DNA of 64,000 nt from positions 756-64,755 of the forward strand of contig JAJYJK010000003.1 in the NCBI GenBank assembly GCA_021789555.1. Direction: 5' to 3'. Positions within the stretch are counted from its first letter, which is position 1; each line of letters begins with the position of its first letter. Under the pieces are notes generated by a model, which worked only from the letters and a program-made list of their open reading frames with translations, did not search any database and was not told where the DNA came from. This document shows, piece by piece, positions 63,617 through 64,000 of this stretch. Position numbers and translations under genes: made by a program. This stretch comes from Nitrospirota bacterium (lineage in GTDB: Bacteria; Nitrospirota; Thermodesulfovibrionia; Thermodesulfovibrionales; JdFR-88).

Positions 63617-64000
63617 ATGAAGAAATATATAGACTGGATTAAAGACTTTACGTCAAAGAAAATAGTGCTCCTGTTTGGCGTGCAGATGGCCATGTCCGGT
63701 CTGGGCCTGGCCGTCCTCTGCTGGCTTTCGGTAACGCTGGTCAAGGCCCGGCTGCTATTCGGCCTTAAATCAAAAGTCGCTATATGGACTTATATCTTTT
63801 ATCATCCCGTCAAGAGCAGTTTGTTCAATTATATCGCACTGTGTATTGCGCTTGGCGTATACGGAATCCTCTGCTATCTGCTGGCAAATCATAAAAACAT
63901 CGAACTGATAAAAAACAGAACCAGAGAGAACTACGCAGGTGTTCTTATCGGCACATTCGGCTCGGTATTGTGTCTGATACCGATGCTGTTTATTCATTTG
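63617..64000 (+). CDS. membrane protein, 5' part (runs off right edge)
   Basis: From ATG 63617 the frame stays open for 128 codons to the window end (MKKYIDWIKDFTSKKIVLLFGVQMAMSGLGLAVLCWL...). It is hydrophobic. It is absent from the ORF track because there is no stop in the window. Confidence 0.55.
   Translation, partial: MKKYIDWIKDFTSKKIVLLFGVQMAMSGLGLAVLCWLSVTLVKARLLFGLKSKVAIWTYIFYHPVKSSLFNYIALCIALGVYGILCYLLANHKNIELIKNRTRENYAGVLIGTFGSVLCLIPMLFIHL

Overview
This is a 64-kb, almost gene-saturated bacterial window. By gene content it looks like an anaerobe with many multiheme cytochromes. I cannot assign a taxon from the sequence alone.

The left ~40 kb is GC-rich core chromosome (single 60-nt lines spot-count ~58-72% GC). 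In order it holds:
- dxs, ispA and guaA (-)
- a membrane PAS/GAF/HD-GYP protein
- a decayed PIN gene next to tRNA-Pro(CGG)
- ftsH
- an sdhA-B-C-D / fumC / aldehyde dehydrogenase operon (-)
- a cobalamin-riboswitch-controlled operon (-): thiC-like, methyltransferase-DUF2284, two B12-radical-SAM genes, cobT, cobS. This matches the anaerobic dimethylbenzimidazole (bza) pathway.
- a PCuAC copper chaperone, an Rrf2 regulator and cydAB
- a hybrid histidine kinase
- a cluster of multiheme cytochrome, TPR protein, thioredoxin-like protein and second multiheme cytochrome
- an intact vapBC pair
- an LsrF-like aldolase with a Zn-ADH

From ~40.2 kb the sequence is visibly more AT-rich and becomes a glycan-biosynthesis island. 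It contains rfbF/rfbG, a ThDP enzyme, NeuB-like and DHQS-like enzymes, a GtrA/GtrB-like pair, glf, an AsnB-like amidotransferase, three methyltransferases and three very large polytopic membrane proteins. Each of those three carries an N-terminal lectin-like module predicted to face the periplasm.

The most notable observations are:
1. An in-frame TAG splits an otherwise intact sdhB whose downstream part is still translationally coupled to sdhC.
2. The predicted periplasmic tail of SdhD carries a CXXCH heme-c motif.
3. The conserved PYLLN heptad in SdhB is triplicated. This belongs to a window-wide pattern of short tandem duplications that are always in frame inside genes.
4. The bza operon looks complete.
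5. The glycan island shows the logic of an expanded three-component, GT-C-type system, including a duplicated ~175-aa N-terminal module.

No CRISPR array, transposase or integrase was seen. All calls come from reading the sequence and ORF translations. No database search was run.
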